DNA of 64,000 nucleotides from Octopus vulgaris (lineage: Eukaryota). Within the stretch, counting starts at the first letter, position 1, and each line of letters opens with the position of its first letter. The notes under the pieces are model-generated. The model saw only the letters and a program-made list of their open reading frames with translations, was not told where the DNA came from and did no database searches. Made by a program: the position numbers and the translations under genes. The DNA lies in NCBI GenBank assembly GCA_951406725.2, contig OX597826.1:81902001-81966000 (forward strand). Reading direction: 5' to 3'. Shown here one piece after another: positions 26,611 through 39,559 of this stretch.

Positions 26611-26919
26611 TAATATTAATGGTAATAAGAAGATTATTTTATATAAGTACAGCCCGTTTACAATCTGACGATCACTATAAATAGAAAAGTCTAGAAAAAA
26701 AAAAGTAGCGAAATTAGTTGAAAGACTGAGTAGAGTGAAATGGCGCCACCTAGAACTCTCTAACACATAATTACACTTTTATAGACACAAACAAGCAAAC
26801 ATACACAGATACAGGCATACATTCATGTACAAACATAAGTGCATTTCTACATATATTTGTATGCATATGCATATATATATATATATATATATAAGCACAA
26901 ATATAGATGATTTATACAT

Positions 26920-26965
<46 letters not shown>

Positions 26966-26989
26966 CACAAATATAGATGATTTATACAT

Positions 26990-27029
<40 letters not shown>

Positions 27030-27629
27030 GTATATATATGTATGTATGTATGTACGTATATCTATTTCTATCTATGTATCTATCTATCTGTGAGTGAGTG
27101 TATACAACCAGATACAGTCAGTTTAAACGTAATCGTATGCATAGGTGTGTGCGTGCCGGAGCCTGTGTGGAGAGGGAAACTGTTCGACAAAAACTATAAA
27201 ACAATAACAAAAGTTCTGCTGGGTAGTGTATTAGTAACCGGGAATCTGTATTGAAAGCAGTTAATGAAGCCGGTGGCTGGAAAATGGAGGCAACGCCTGC
27301 AGTGGAACATATTTCATGTTGGTTGAGAAGTAGATTTGGTAATGTTCCTATTCCTTATTCTACTCGCTGGGAATTGATCTCCACAACGGCTATTGAAGTG
27401 TGTGATATATTTATATATTATTGAACGATCACATTGAATATCAGCAACAACAATGATAGAACGATGGTGGTGATGAAGCTGATGATGACGACGACGATAA
27501 TAATAATAATAATAATAATAATAATCGCAACAAGATTCATTTGCACTGCAGGAGTAATAGAACAAGAAGGAATGTAAGGATAACTCACAATCACACACAT
27601 AATCATGTATACGTATATATACACATGCA

Positions 27630-27678
<49 letters not shown>

Positions 27679-27972
27679 TTGGTGGGTGTATTATATAGAT
27701 ACACACATAAAATAGTAACTAGTAATAACCCAAATAAATCTTCTACAATATTATTCCAAGAGCTGGTCCTGCTACTCCCTTTCCTATAACTAGTTAGTAT
27801 TAGTAGTATTAACAACAAAATGTTAATAATAATGAGAGAATGGTGGACGCGGGGGAGAGTATGAAGGCGGATGGTATTGTTGAAGGAGAAGAATATATGA
27901 GTGTGTAGCGGTGGAAACAGTTGGAATCTCTTCCATGCGCCCGCAAAAAGAAAGAGAAAGACAGAAAGAGAG

Positions 27973-28019
<47 letters not shown>

Positions 28020-28767
28020 GATATAATAATAAATAAATAATGACCAAATTTAAATAAACAAAATAAATCTATATTTAATTTATTTTTACATAAATCGTTA
28101 CTATTTCAGAGTCGTCCATTTCTGTGTTTCGTTTCTCATTCGTAACATTTACGTATTGTTCGGCTTTGCTTTTCAATTTAGCTTTGCTTTTGCATGTCTT
28201 GCTTCTCTTCCTTTATTTATTTATTTATTTATTTCCTTTTGATTGTTATTTATTATGTTTTGTGTTTTTAACAGTTTTGACTTTATACTCTAGATTCCAT
28301 TTTAGATGCCGATGTATATTTTATCGATGAAATTGTTAAAATACAAATGAAATCAAATGCAAACCATCTTGATAAACGAAGTCTTTCATCAACATTTCTA
28401 TTACTTTGAAGCAAGAAAAGCTGGACGTGGGGTTTGTTGGAAATGCGTTCACTTAAATGTCAGGATAAGCCTATATTTTAAAACTCGCAATATATCAAAC
28501 GGAAATTTGTTTAAAAATATGTTAAAACTAAAACGAAATAAAAGGAAGGATCGGAACTCTTTCGAAAATTCTGAAATAATTTTACAGAAAAATCAGTTCA
28601 ATATTCCTTTAGGTTGGAAAATGTTAATGTAATACATTTATTATTTTCTTTAACTACAGATTTTTGCTTTTGGCAATCGGCCTTAAAATTTACTAAAACT
28701 AATCATAAATATATTTTGTTATGGGTATTGTGTGTTGTTTTGGTGAATGTTGAATATAAACACACAC

Positions 28768-28810
<43 letters not shown>

Positions 28811-29052
28811 AGAGAGAAAGAGAGAATGCCAGAGAACGAGAAAGCAATACAAACTCTAAGTCCCTTGTCTTGTTTTTTTCTCTAAATATGGATGTATAGT
28901 TAAGAATAAAGGTTCACAACGACCTGGTGAACGACGCTTTCGACAACCATTTTCTCTCAGGCTTGACATTTGAGTGAACTTTCACTGACGGAAACTGTAG
29001 TGAAGCACTTCGTACATATATGCTTTTATATAACATAGCCAAATGAATCCCC

Positions 29053-29105
<53 letters not shown>

Positions 29106-30099
29106 CAAGGAGAAAGAGATAGCTTTCATATATCACCTAATTTGTTCGAGAAACAGGAAAAAAGATTGTTTTAATCAACCATGAATAAATCAGAAAACCG
29201 ATAATATAAATAACCTGGTGTATGGCATCTCTTAATTCAATATTTTCCTAGATTTAAATGCAAAATTTTAAATAATAGGAAATAAACTTGGTTTATATTT
29301 TTTTCCAGTAATGGTTTTCCTTAAATGTTCCGCGCATTATTTCAGTCTCCTACTCTTTGATAAACGTAGAACCAGTTCTATATACATTCTATAATCGTTA
29401 TAGAACTATTTCAATGTCACGTGTCAGCATATTTCAAACAAAAGGCTCTACGGTCTTTGAAAAGATTAAAGACAAAGAGTTGATCCCAAAAGAAATCTAA
29501 ATCCAAAAAATGGAGAGTCTTCATAATACCTGTTTTCATACTATTATCTTACTCTGCTGTTCGTTCACACCTACGTCCTGACATGGCTGTTGTTAAAGAA
29601 AATCGAAATTCATTTGCATCTGCGCGCGCATACAAACGCAAGCACGCAGACCTAGAAAAACATAACACACACACATTTACTTGCAGAATATACGAGGCCA
29701 CTACGAAAACATGACTTGAAGCAATCTGAGCCTAGTGTCTGTCTGTCTGTCTGTCCGTCCGTCTGTCTGTTTATACATACATACACACACGCAATCCTAT
29801 ATTATACAAACATTTACAGTATTTATTTATCCAAGTGCCCTCGCCAATACACATAGGCATATGTAAGTGTGTAGAGTGTGTTTACTGTAATTTTCCCGCT
29901 TATAAACTCTTTGTCAACCAGATTCAATAAGCACATGTCTAAGAATGACGTGAGTTATCCTGTGCCAGGCGCCAACATGACTTTTGCCTCCGTATTACAT
30001 ATATGGTGGTTGTCTACTTGTACAGGTCACTCATGGTGTCCGATGTGGTTTTTTTAAACCAGACAATGTATGGAAAAGATGCCCGCATAGATTGCGCGA

Positions 30100-30665
30100 C
30101 TGATTTGGACCATCATGAGCAGCAGTTAAGTTCTAACCTTTGTGGATCTTAAAATGTCATTTGAGGCCTCTGTTAGATTTGCAGACCTTATGGCATACAC
30201 GACATTGAAAGGTGTGAACAGACATATAAACAGAATAGTTGGTGGAGGTTCGTTTTTCAGCAAAAGAAAGGCTTCGTCTGCCACAAACTGTGCACACAAA
30301 AAAGGTTGCAGTGATTAACCTTCTCGTTGATCACAACATTCTTCAGTAAATCTCTCTCGAGTCTGGCATGTGTTATCCTGGCCCCCCTCAAACACTTTCA
30401 CTCTACTCCAAACTTTTGTTCGCCATCCAGCTCGATACGAAGAAATGGTTTCTATGGCCTTCGGATCCATTCCAAGTGACTTCATGGCAGTCCTTATGCC
30501 ATCCTCGAACCTCTTTGTAGGTTTACATTGATTACATTTCCCCTCTGCAAGCTCGCCATAAAACAGCTGTTTAGCTGTGCGTTCATTCGCCATTCGAACT
30601 ATATCGCCAGACTCGTCTTATTCTATTATTCAAAATCATTCCTTTAATTGAAGTGATGCCTTCAT
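30100..30665 (-). mobile_element. RTE (BovB-like) LINE 3' fragment
   Basis: RMANERTAKQLFYGELAEGK...KPTKRFEDG...RAGWRTKV is a typical RTE ORF C-terminus. Confidence 0.88.
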
Positions 30666-30846
30666 ATGCCAACAGGTTATACTCAAAGACGAATTATATA
30701 CACAACATACATAGCATACATACACGGCATACATACACAGCATACATACACGATATACATACATACCGTATATACTCGTGTAAGAGACATCTTTAAGACC
30801 AATTTTTTAAAGATGGAATTTATGGGGTCGAATTTTACATGGGATG

Positions 30847-30923
30847 CTACTTTAGTGGGGATGAAATTCCTGCTAGAATCCGAAGTACCACAGCAGCAGC
30901 AGCAACAGAAGCCCGACTTATCT
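30847..30923 (-). CDS. Gene B, exon 3: (E)ISRASVAAAAVVLRILAGISSPLK*
   Basis: Strong acceptor ttgctttttcgtttctactctcttag, 93-nt intron, phase-1 compatible, TAG at 30849-30847. Confidence 0.45.
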
Positions 30924-31016
30924 CTAAGAGAGTAGAAACGAAAAAGCAACGAAATACTGTAATATTACCAATTCTATGCCCTGATCTCGCGGGTAACTAA
31001 ATGGTTTTAGGCTTAC

Positions 31017-31079
31017 CGAAGTCATGCCTCTGTACGAATTCAGTCTGTTGTGTTCGCTGTTGTTCGCCGATAGTGCTGT
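31017..31079 (-). CDS. Gene B, exon 2: (D)STIGEQQRTQQTEFVQRHDF
   Basis: Acceptor tttcacag and donor TCG|GTAAGC; 63-nt symmetric phase 1-1 exon with an open frame. Confidence 0.5.
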
Positions 31080-31297
31080 CTGTGAAACGCGTGTCTCACC
31101 ATGTAAACAGACGAGGGTATGGCGCATGTGTTTATTGTATTTGAAGATGAAGAAAATATCAAGGTCGCATAGAAACCACTGATTTAGCAATTAATAGAAC
31201 ATTTTTAGGGTTACCAAAATTACTGCTGTTGTAAGAGAGACATATTCGGAATGAATGATTTTATGGATAACAGGAAAGAAATGAAAGTTGTTTTTAC

Positions 31298-31370
31298 CTG
31301 CAGCTGCCAAGACTTGTAGAATTAGTCCCAATATTATGAATGGCGTCATTTTGAACTGTGTTGTGTACAT
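31298..31370 (-). CDS. Gene B, first coding exon: signal peptide MYTTQFKMTPFIILGLILQVLAAA
   Basis: Acceptor gtttttgtttccag one base before the ATG; hydrophobic core ending in A-A-A; donor CAG|GTAAAA in phase 1, typical of signal-peptide exons. Confidence 0.62.
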
Positions 31371-31479
31371 TCTGGAAACAAAAACAACAAAACACATTAA
31401 GTATATCAATTAACTTTGGAAACAGCTTAAAGGGAGATAATTAAGAAAGACTTGAAAGTCAACGTAAGATCTTAATGAT

Positions 31480-31692
31480 GTAAAGTAAATATAACAAATA
31501 ATCCAGAATCCTTGTACGGTACCGGATCGATCACAAAATCTAATGGGTTCATGCCTGTCACAAGGTCAAACATTGTCGAAAGTTTCATCCGAATCCATTC
31601 AGCGGATCCTGAGCTATCTTGCCACGAGCAAAGAAACAAACAAACACGACTGAAAACAATACCTTCGCCTTCGCTAAGGCTAAAGAAATAAT
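31480..31692. mobile_element. Non-autonomous DNA element end (HINE/Helentron-like)
   Basis: gatcacaaaatctaat...aagtttcatccgaatccattc...(aaac)n...aaaacaataccttcgccttcgctaaggc terminal hairpin pattern. Confidence 0.5.
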
Positions 31693-31711
31693 AACAAGAA
31701 GAAGAAGCGAC

Positions 31712-32263
31712 TCTCATGGCTGCTGATCTTAACTGATTGGAAGTGTTATCATCTACATTGTTTTGTTTTGGTATAAAAGATGGGCTACAGCAAATATTCT
31801 GCTCAATACCACAGATTTGCTTGTCAGTTGATTGACCTTAACCAGTTGAGTATGTCCCTTAGTGGCTGACGATACGTGCATCTCTGACCACGAGCAGAAG
31901 TAGTAGGGGAGCATCATAGCCGTGTGTTGAAAAGAATTGTTGGAGGTTTGGATAATCCAGCTTTGGAAACATGGGTGGTTCGTTCAACATCCTTAATCAT
32001 TATTCAGGGACCTTTTGAGCGGGTTGTGCTACTCGACCAGAAAGAAATTCTAAGTGGGCCCCACCTGCAAGATCATGCGCTGTTTATCTTGATATGAGAC
32101 CACCATGTCGCGCACTTATAGTTGTGATGCATGTACCTAGTGTACCCTTATCAGACGGGTAGTCATGATGGGCATACTGGGCTTCATATATTTTACCCCA
32201 GTGTCACTTTGATGACATGCACTGCTCTCTCACTCAATAATAATAATAATAATAATAATAATA
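31712..32263 (+). mobile_element. Retroposon 3' region ending in a (TAA)n tail
   Basis: About 520 bp of balanced-GC sequence ending ctctctcactc(aat)n, recalled as an abundant octopus repeat. Confidence 0.6.
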
Positions 32264-32530
32264 ACTGATATATGAAAATTGTGATGGCTGTGACTAAAAT
32301 GCTTTGGTAATTATAAGCCAAGATATAGACAAATGGTTGAAGGAGATTGGCATAGAATGTTCTGTAGAGCTTCTACACAAAGTTTGCCTCTTGGGGACAG
32401 GAAAGATTATCAGGTGGGTTCTAAACACTTGAAAGATTACTGAAATCTAATCGATACCTAAGGTTACATGGAGTAATGCGCTATCCACATAAATCCAGCC
32501 AGGAATAATCCCGAACCCAAGTCAAATAAG
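32264..32530 (+). mobile_element. R4/Dong-like LINE 3' end
   Basis: ISQDIDKWLKEIGIECSVELLHKVCLLGTGKIIRWVLNT* directly after (TAA)n. Confidence 0.8.
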
Positions 32531-33469
32531 AAAAAAATTCTACTCTAAGCACAAGGCTCGAAACTTTAAGGAAGGGAGTGACCATTTACATCGACTCGAG
32601 TGTTCCACTGCTACATACATCATCAACCTCCGAAAGAATGAACGGCAAAGTCGATTTCAGCGGAATTTGACCTCAGGACATAAAGTCGGACAAAATGCCG
32701 CTAGGAATTTTTTTCCTGTGCGCTAAAGATTCTGCCAGCTCGGGATTTCGATTCAGAACATAAAGATCCTGAAAGTTTGACGCAAAACTCTACGAGATCT
32801 GCACAGCTGGCGCCCTTAAATAAGACGCTCTAATTTAGTGAAAAAAGCAGACATTTTAGAGCAAGAGTTATTCGATTAAATCGATTCAATATTTAACTGA
32901 TGCTTTATTTTATCGATCTCAGAAGGTTGAAAGGCAAAGTTGGATCCAGGGTGGTGAGAGCCGCTCTAAGAAGGCATCGGTTCTATCTGGCAGGGTCAGT
33001 TTGTTGTGTAACTATTGGTGACATGCGTGTAATTGAATATATGTTGTGTAAGCGTATACGCACGTGTATGTCAATATATTTATCTGCCTATGGACGTATG
33101 TATGTATGTATGTATGTATGTATGCATGCATGCAGGTATGTATCTGTGTGTGTGTATATATATAGCCAGATAGCTACCGGCATGTGTGTGCGTGTGTGTG
33201 TGTATGTATGTGTATACATATATACACATAGCCAGATAACTAGCAACATATGTGCGTGTGTGATTGCGTGAGTGTCTTTGTAACTCTGTATGCGTAGAGA
33301 TTTCAAAAATACTTTAGAATTATTCCAAAGAAAATCCATTCATTAGTACTTCTTTATCGTGAGTGGAAAAACCGGAGAAAATAGAAACGAAAAAAGGGAG
33401 ATAATATGATATGAATATAACTGTGAGCACATGTGCGCATGTGAGTGACATTGTGTCTGCATGTAGGTG

Positions 33470-33491
33470 TGCATATATGCATACGTATATG

Positions 33492-33539
<48 letters not shown>

Positions 33540-33686
33540 CACATATATATACATTTACATATACATACATATTCATATATATAATATACATATATATATA
33601 TATATATATATATGCATATATATATATATATATACACACATATATATATATACACATATACATACATTTACATATACATAATATGC

Positions 33687-33719
<33 letters not shown>

Positions 33720-33893
33720 TATATACACATATACATACATTTACATATATATATATATATATATACATATACACATATATATATACATATATATACACAC
33801 AATATGCATATATATATATATATACATATACACATATATATATACATATACACATATATATATACATATATATACACATATACATATACACAC

Positions 33894-33931
<38 letters not shown>

Positions 33932-33971
33932 ACATACATACATACACATATAAACATATACATATAAACAT

Positions 33972-34002
<31 letters not shown>

Positions 34003-34175
34003 TGCACCCATATATATACATATATATACACACATATATATACATATAGATATATAAATACATATAGATATATAAATACATATACATATATATATACATA
34101 TACATATATATATACATATACATATATATATACATATACATATATATATACATATACATATATATATACATATAC

Positions 34176-34220
<45 letters not shown>

Positions 34221-34260
34221 TACATATATATGTATGTATGTATGTATACACGTACGTATA
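33470..34260. repeat. Compound (TA/CA)n satellite of about 800 bp with higher-order periods (18-bp unit near 34080-34190)
   Basis: Almost uninterrupted alternating purine-pyrimidine sequence. Confidence 0.95.
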
Positions 34261-34595
34261 TATGCGTAAGTGCCCGTCTTTATTGAAATGCATAAGTGTG
34301 TATATAATTATAAGTATATATGTGTATGAACGTGCATGTGTACATGGAAGTGTATGCGCGCGTGTACGTGTAAGCCTATGTAAGTATGTATATCTGTTTG
34401 TGTTTGGATATGTGTGACTGTGTGTGACTTTCTATGCAAGTGGATCGTCTATTTGCTAGAAATACCGAAATATATCCTATTAGCATAAGAGTAAATGAAA
34501 ATGCAAGCAGCTTAGACTTATGCATACGTACATTCCTACACACACACACACATATATATATATACATACATACACACAATATACACGTGCATGTG

Positions 34596-34636
<41 letters not shown>

Positions 34637-34656
34637 AATATATATATATATATTTA

Positions 34657-34698
<42 letters not shown>

Positions 34699-36815
34699 TA
34701 CAAATATATGTATACATGTATATATATACATATATACAAATATATGTATACATGTATATGTGCATGCACGTCTGATGCATGCATTTACAAATGCGAAAGG
34801 ATATTAAGTGATATTGTAAAATTTTATAGAATCCAGTAAAGACATCTAAATTGGAATCAAATTCTTTGGAAAAGCTTCACCATATCAATACCTCTTAATC
34901 AAATATTCCAGAGAAAGAAAAGATCGGCGCGCGCACACTCAAACACACGCACGCACATACATATGCGCGTGCGTAAACACACACACACACTTCTACATAC
35001 GTGATGGTTAAAGAGAGCCGAAAGAAATCTATTAAGAATATATTGTAACGATGGAAATCAGAAATTATTGAATTTTCTGCGTCTCTCAGAATGTGCGCAT
35101 GTATTACATCATTAAATTGTTGTTGTTGCTGCTTAGATAAATGTCAACCCTAATCGAAGAGATCCATGCGCAAATAGCTTTTCATCGACGGCCAGGCAGA
35201 CTTATTTTCATTCTGCCGCTCATTTTCCTCAAATCATAAACAGAAACTGCCGATAAAATAAATGCTTCGTTTAATAAATAAAAAACAAAAACTTATAATC
35301 TTGAGCAGTGGTTTCCAAACGGGTTGTTGTGGTGCACTTATACGGAGCAACAGGTTCTAAGTGCAACGCAGATTTGAAAATACAATTGATGGCTTTAGAA
35401 AATCCATATTAAAACTTGAGCTTATCAAAACATGGGTCGTTTATACTTTTCTTGTAAACAAAACTGATTTATAATACAGAATAAACAACATTTATTTATC
35501 CCCGCCCCCAATTCCGAATTTTGAAACAGTTTTCTGTTAACTTTCCAATAGAAGTGGACTCGTAAATTTTCTTCATTTCAAATTTCCTTTTTTAAACCCC
35601 ACCCCCACCCCACTTAATATTTCACTAGATTCATTCTATTTCCTGCCACAAATGATAGGAAGAATATAGTTTGTATGGAATAAAGTTCATGGGAAAATAA
35701 TAAAAGCTTTCAATAAATTTAAAACAGTTTCAAAAGAATAGAAGTGAAACTAAATCTAGCAACACTGGTTCGAACTAGGATCAATAATTTTTTCAACCTC
35801 AAAACAAATTTGTCCCCTTCAAATCCCAAATCTCTCGGTAGAATCTTAAAATTCTAGTTCAAGAGTGGACTGAGAGAATCTTCTTCATGGAGTAAAAATT
35901 CTGGCTTTAATATTGTCACATCGTCCAAGAGCGGAAACCAATAGAAGAACAAAACATTGGTATGTTCAGGCCAGGATTATCATTCCTTTAAGACGAAAGA
36001 TGTTCTTTTAAAACGAACATTTACCTGTCGTTTCTAGCAATCTCATTAGAATACCTTCGATGATATCGGCCTATGACAATGTCTGAACGAATTATAGAAT
36101 AGTCGCAAGGGAAACGTCGTTGGTCAATTTTTCTTTTCAGTTTTTCTTTCTTTTTTTTTTTTTTGTTCGAACAGCTACAATAAAAACACTACTCCGAAAT
36201 TCAACAACAACAACGACAACAACAATGCAGATGCAGACATTCATTTATAAATATATAACAAAAATACAAAATCAGAAAGCACGCATCAAACCCACAGAAC
36301 ACACATTCAGTTCACATTCCAGAATCCATTAGCAAAGAAAGTAGACGGAACTAAGAGTCCATTCAACCTGCTAGAAATAGCAATCAAGCCTTCCTCAAAT
36401 CACATTCCATCGTTTTAAGGGGAAAATGGGTAGACGCGACACTGGTGAGTCGGGTCTATGGCTGAGATTGGATTTGGTCCTTGCATAGCTACAGTATCTT
36501 ACCCACACCTGATGACTTTGATCTTGTTTATCAAACTGCACTCTATGGTACCTAGCCGTTTCTATAGCTCTAAGTGTTGATGTGTCCTGATTCTAACGAA
36601 TCCTTATAACTAAATTAGACACAAACACAACCCCCTACCCATCCACCCAAACACATTATTTTGTTTTGCAAGAGTTTATTGTTATATTTTCCAAGTCATA
36701 TCAAAGCCCATAAAGACACGTGATTCGATGAAAAATTGGGAGAATAAAAAGAAATATTTAGACAACCAACAACTAGTGATTGTTTATGGGCCTTAATAAT
36801 ATAACGCACACAAAT

Positions 36816-36884
<69 letters not shown>

Positions 36885-37799
36885 TATATACACACACATA
36901 TTTGTATATGTTTGTTTAAGGTTGTATAAGTAAGCGGTCGGCTGCCTCCTTCCATCTTGCATCCCCTCTCCCCTCTTCCCATCTGTCGCTTTCAATCATC
37001 GTTCTTTATTTACAGACACCTCTTCATCGAAACTTATAATTAAACAGGAAATGTGTGATTTACTGCACGTTTCATTCCCAGCTAAATATACGGAACTGTG
37101 TACTCGCTACACTCGTAACACAGACTCCCAACTTATTAGGCCAGAAGAAATTGAGTACGGAATCGTGTACCAATTACAGTCATCTTACAGGCTTCCTTAT
37201 TATTAGACCATCACAATTTAAGCATGAAACAAACGCCTAATTAAGTTTTGGAGAACAAAATAATTACTTCATCTGATGAAATATTCCTAAATGCCTAGGT
37301 TGTGTTTTTGTAATCACATATTGAACGAAATATGCATCAATTTTCAAACAGTGAACCGGCAAATACACAAACCGAAAATTGCTTTCTCTCACGCAGAATG
37401 TGGAACAATGTATAACATATTTAAGTCTTTAATATTTGGTAATATAAAAGAACACCTGCTCTTCTTTCTCTTATCTTTTCCTTCATTCTCCAAATATGGA
37501 TAAAGTAACACAATATTTCCTCCATATATTGTTAAACTTTGCCTATATTCTACTATTATTAGCGTTGTTGCTGTTATTGATGTTGTTGTTGTTATTATTA
37601 TTATTATACTGTCTCCTCTCATAAGCTCGTCTTCCTAGCGTTCATAATAATGTTTCTATCGTCTTGACACAACAGCCCTGACCGTTTGTTTTTACTGTTT
37701 TGTTCTCACCGTCCTGTTCTTGTTAAAACTTTCACCCTCCGCAAAAAAATCTCAAATTTTATTTAATTTGCTTTGCGGGAAGGACTGTTTCAATGAAGT

Positions 37800-37990
37800 C
37801 GCGTATTGTCCTTGCCTTCGAACACGGAGTAGATGAAACAGGGACAACTGAAGAAGGAATGTTCTTTATGTTGTATGTCTCATTTCTCTGTTTGCTTTTT
37901 TCGTTGTTCGAAAAAAGGTCGTTTCTATGTTTTTGTTTTTATGTTTTCGTTTCTCATTGTGTTCAAAGTTTTTTTTATATCCTGTACTCA
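37800..37990 (+). mobile_element. Short PLE-like terminus; second copy at 42278-42460
   Basis: gatgaaacagggacaactga(a/t)gaagg...ttttcgtttctcattgtgttca duplicated; ends in a TA-rich tract. Confidence 0.65.
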
Positions 37991-38031
37991 TATATGCAAG
38001 TATATATACACATATATATGTAGATATGTAG

Positions 38032-38063
<32 letters not shown>

Positions 38064-38256
38064 GCATGTACGCATATATATATATATATATATGTATGTA
38101 CGCATGCATATATATATATATATGTATGTACGCATGCATATGTATGTATGTATGCATATATATATATGTATGTATGTATGCATATATATATATGTATGTT
38201 TGTATGCATAAATATATATATATATATATGTATGCATGCATGCATATATATATATA

Positions 38257-38311
38257 TAACAAAAGCTGTTACTCAGAGTTTCACGTTCCCGTTCGTCAGA
38301 CACTTTTGTTA
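38257..38311 (-). ncRNA. Intact minimal type I hammerhead ribozyme motif
   Basis: UAACAAAAG-UGU-CUGACGA-ACG-GGAA-CGU-GAAA-CUC-U-GAG-UA|ACA-G-CUUUUGUUA: all core positions canonical, GNRA loop II, GUA triplet, 12-bp stem I with one bulge. Confidence 0.82.
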
Positions 38312-38343
38312 ATAAACGAACGGGAACGTGAAACTGAGTAACA

Positions 38344-38387
<44 letters not shown>

Positions 38388-38388
<1 letters not shown>

Positions 38389-38600
38389 AAAAACAAGTCA
38401 AGATAGAAAATGCTAAAATAATTTTATAAAGAACATTTCAGTACCGGTTTTAGTCATTGAGACCTTTTCAACTGTAACAAGTAAATAATTAAATTTAGAA
38501 AAATTAAAAGAAAAGTTTTTATTTGTATAGTGTCCAAATACAAGTGGCATTTTCCTTGTTTCTGCCTGTCTTTGTGTCTCTTGTTTACTCTTGTGGGTTC
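38388..38600 (-). mobile_element. PLE terminus in (TA)n with a U3:A8 hammerhead variant at 38439-38474
   Basis: CAG-UUGAAAA-GGUC-ucaau-GACU-AAAA-CCGG-UA|CUG. Confidence 0.6.
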
Positions 38601-38625
38601 GATATATATATATTTATATATATAC

Positions 38626-38824
38626 TATTTTCAATCATTTAACTACGGCCATGAAAGAGCACAGCCATGGAGTGTTTTTGTCGAACAATTGAACACGGGA
38701 CTTATTTGAAAGCCTGGTTCTTATTCTGTCGGTCTCTTTGCCGAACTGCTAGGTTACGTGGACGTAAGCACACCAACACAGGTTGTCGAACGGTGATGAC
38801 AAAGGCACACACACAGATATATTT

Positions 38825-38870
<46 letters not shown>

Positions 38871-39033
38871 GATAGGCTTCTTTCAGTTTCCGTCTACCAA
38901 ATCCACTCACAAGGCTTTGGTCAGGCCGAGGGAATAGTAGAAGATACTTGCCCAAGTTGCCACGCAGTGGGACTGAACCCAGAACCATGTGGGTGGGAAG
39001 CAAATTTCTTACCACACAGCCACGTCTGCGCCT
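38626..39033 (-). mobile_element. SINE family B, near full length
   Basis: Matches 24797-25192 along its length. Confidence 0.9.
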
Positions 39034-39559
39034 AAGAATATGCACAGACAGACAGACGCACACACGCACAGATGTACACATATATACTTCACATCTGGTA
39101 AATGTGTTTAGAGAAAATACATATTAATCAATCTCCATCAGAGCCGACTTTCCACAGTTCATTGTTTATTTGTGTTTTTGTTTGTATTTTCCACATCGTC
39201 TTTCATATTTCACTGCAATCATCAGGTAAATGTTTATAAAATAAAGATTATATTTAGGAAAATATTTATATAGCGGCTATATGTAGGTGAATATTTAAAT
39301 AAATATTTAAGTAGCAACATTGACTATAACTACGTAATGTTGTTTGGTTAAAGCAGATAACGCAAACAGTATTTCGCAAGATTTTCAATGCCGTTTTCAA
39401 ACAGATTTAATTTGAAATTTTTACTTTCTAATCAGAGTTGCTTTGAAAATGTCAACAGAATACTTCTATTGTTCTCTGTAACTAAATAGAGTTTAACATG
39501 GAAATATAAAGAAATTGTTGTTGCAGCGAGTTTTTGGATGGGGACTTCAAGGGATCTGC

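Noticed and set aside
27225-27424. Open plus-strand frame of about 65 codons (KAVNEAGGWKMEATP...)
   Set aside because: No good splice signals or recognisable homology; this length is expected by chance.
33343-34293. 316-aa ORF and the many other YI/CV/HT/SL-rich ORFs
   Set aside because: They are translations of (TA)n, (TG)n, (CA)n and (GA)n microsatellites, which lack stop codons.
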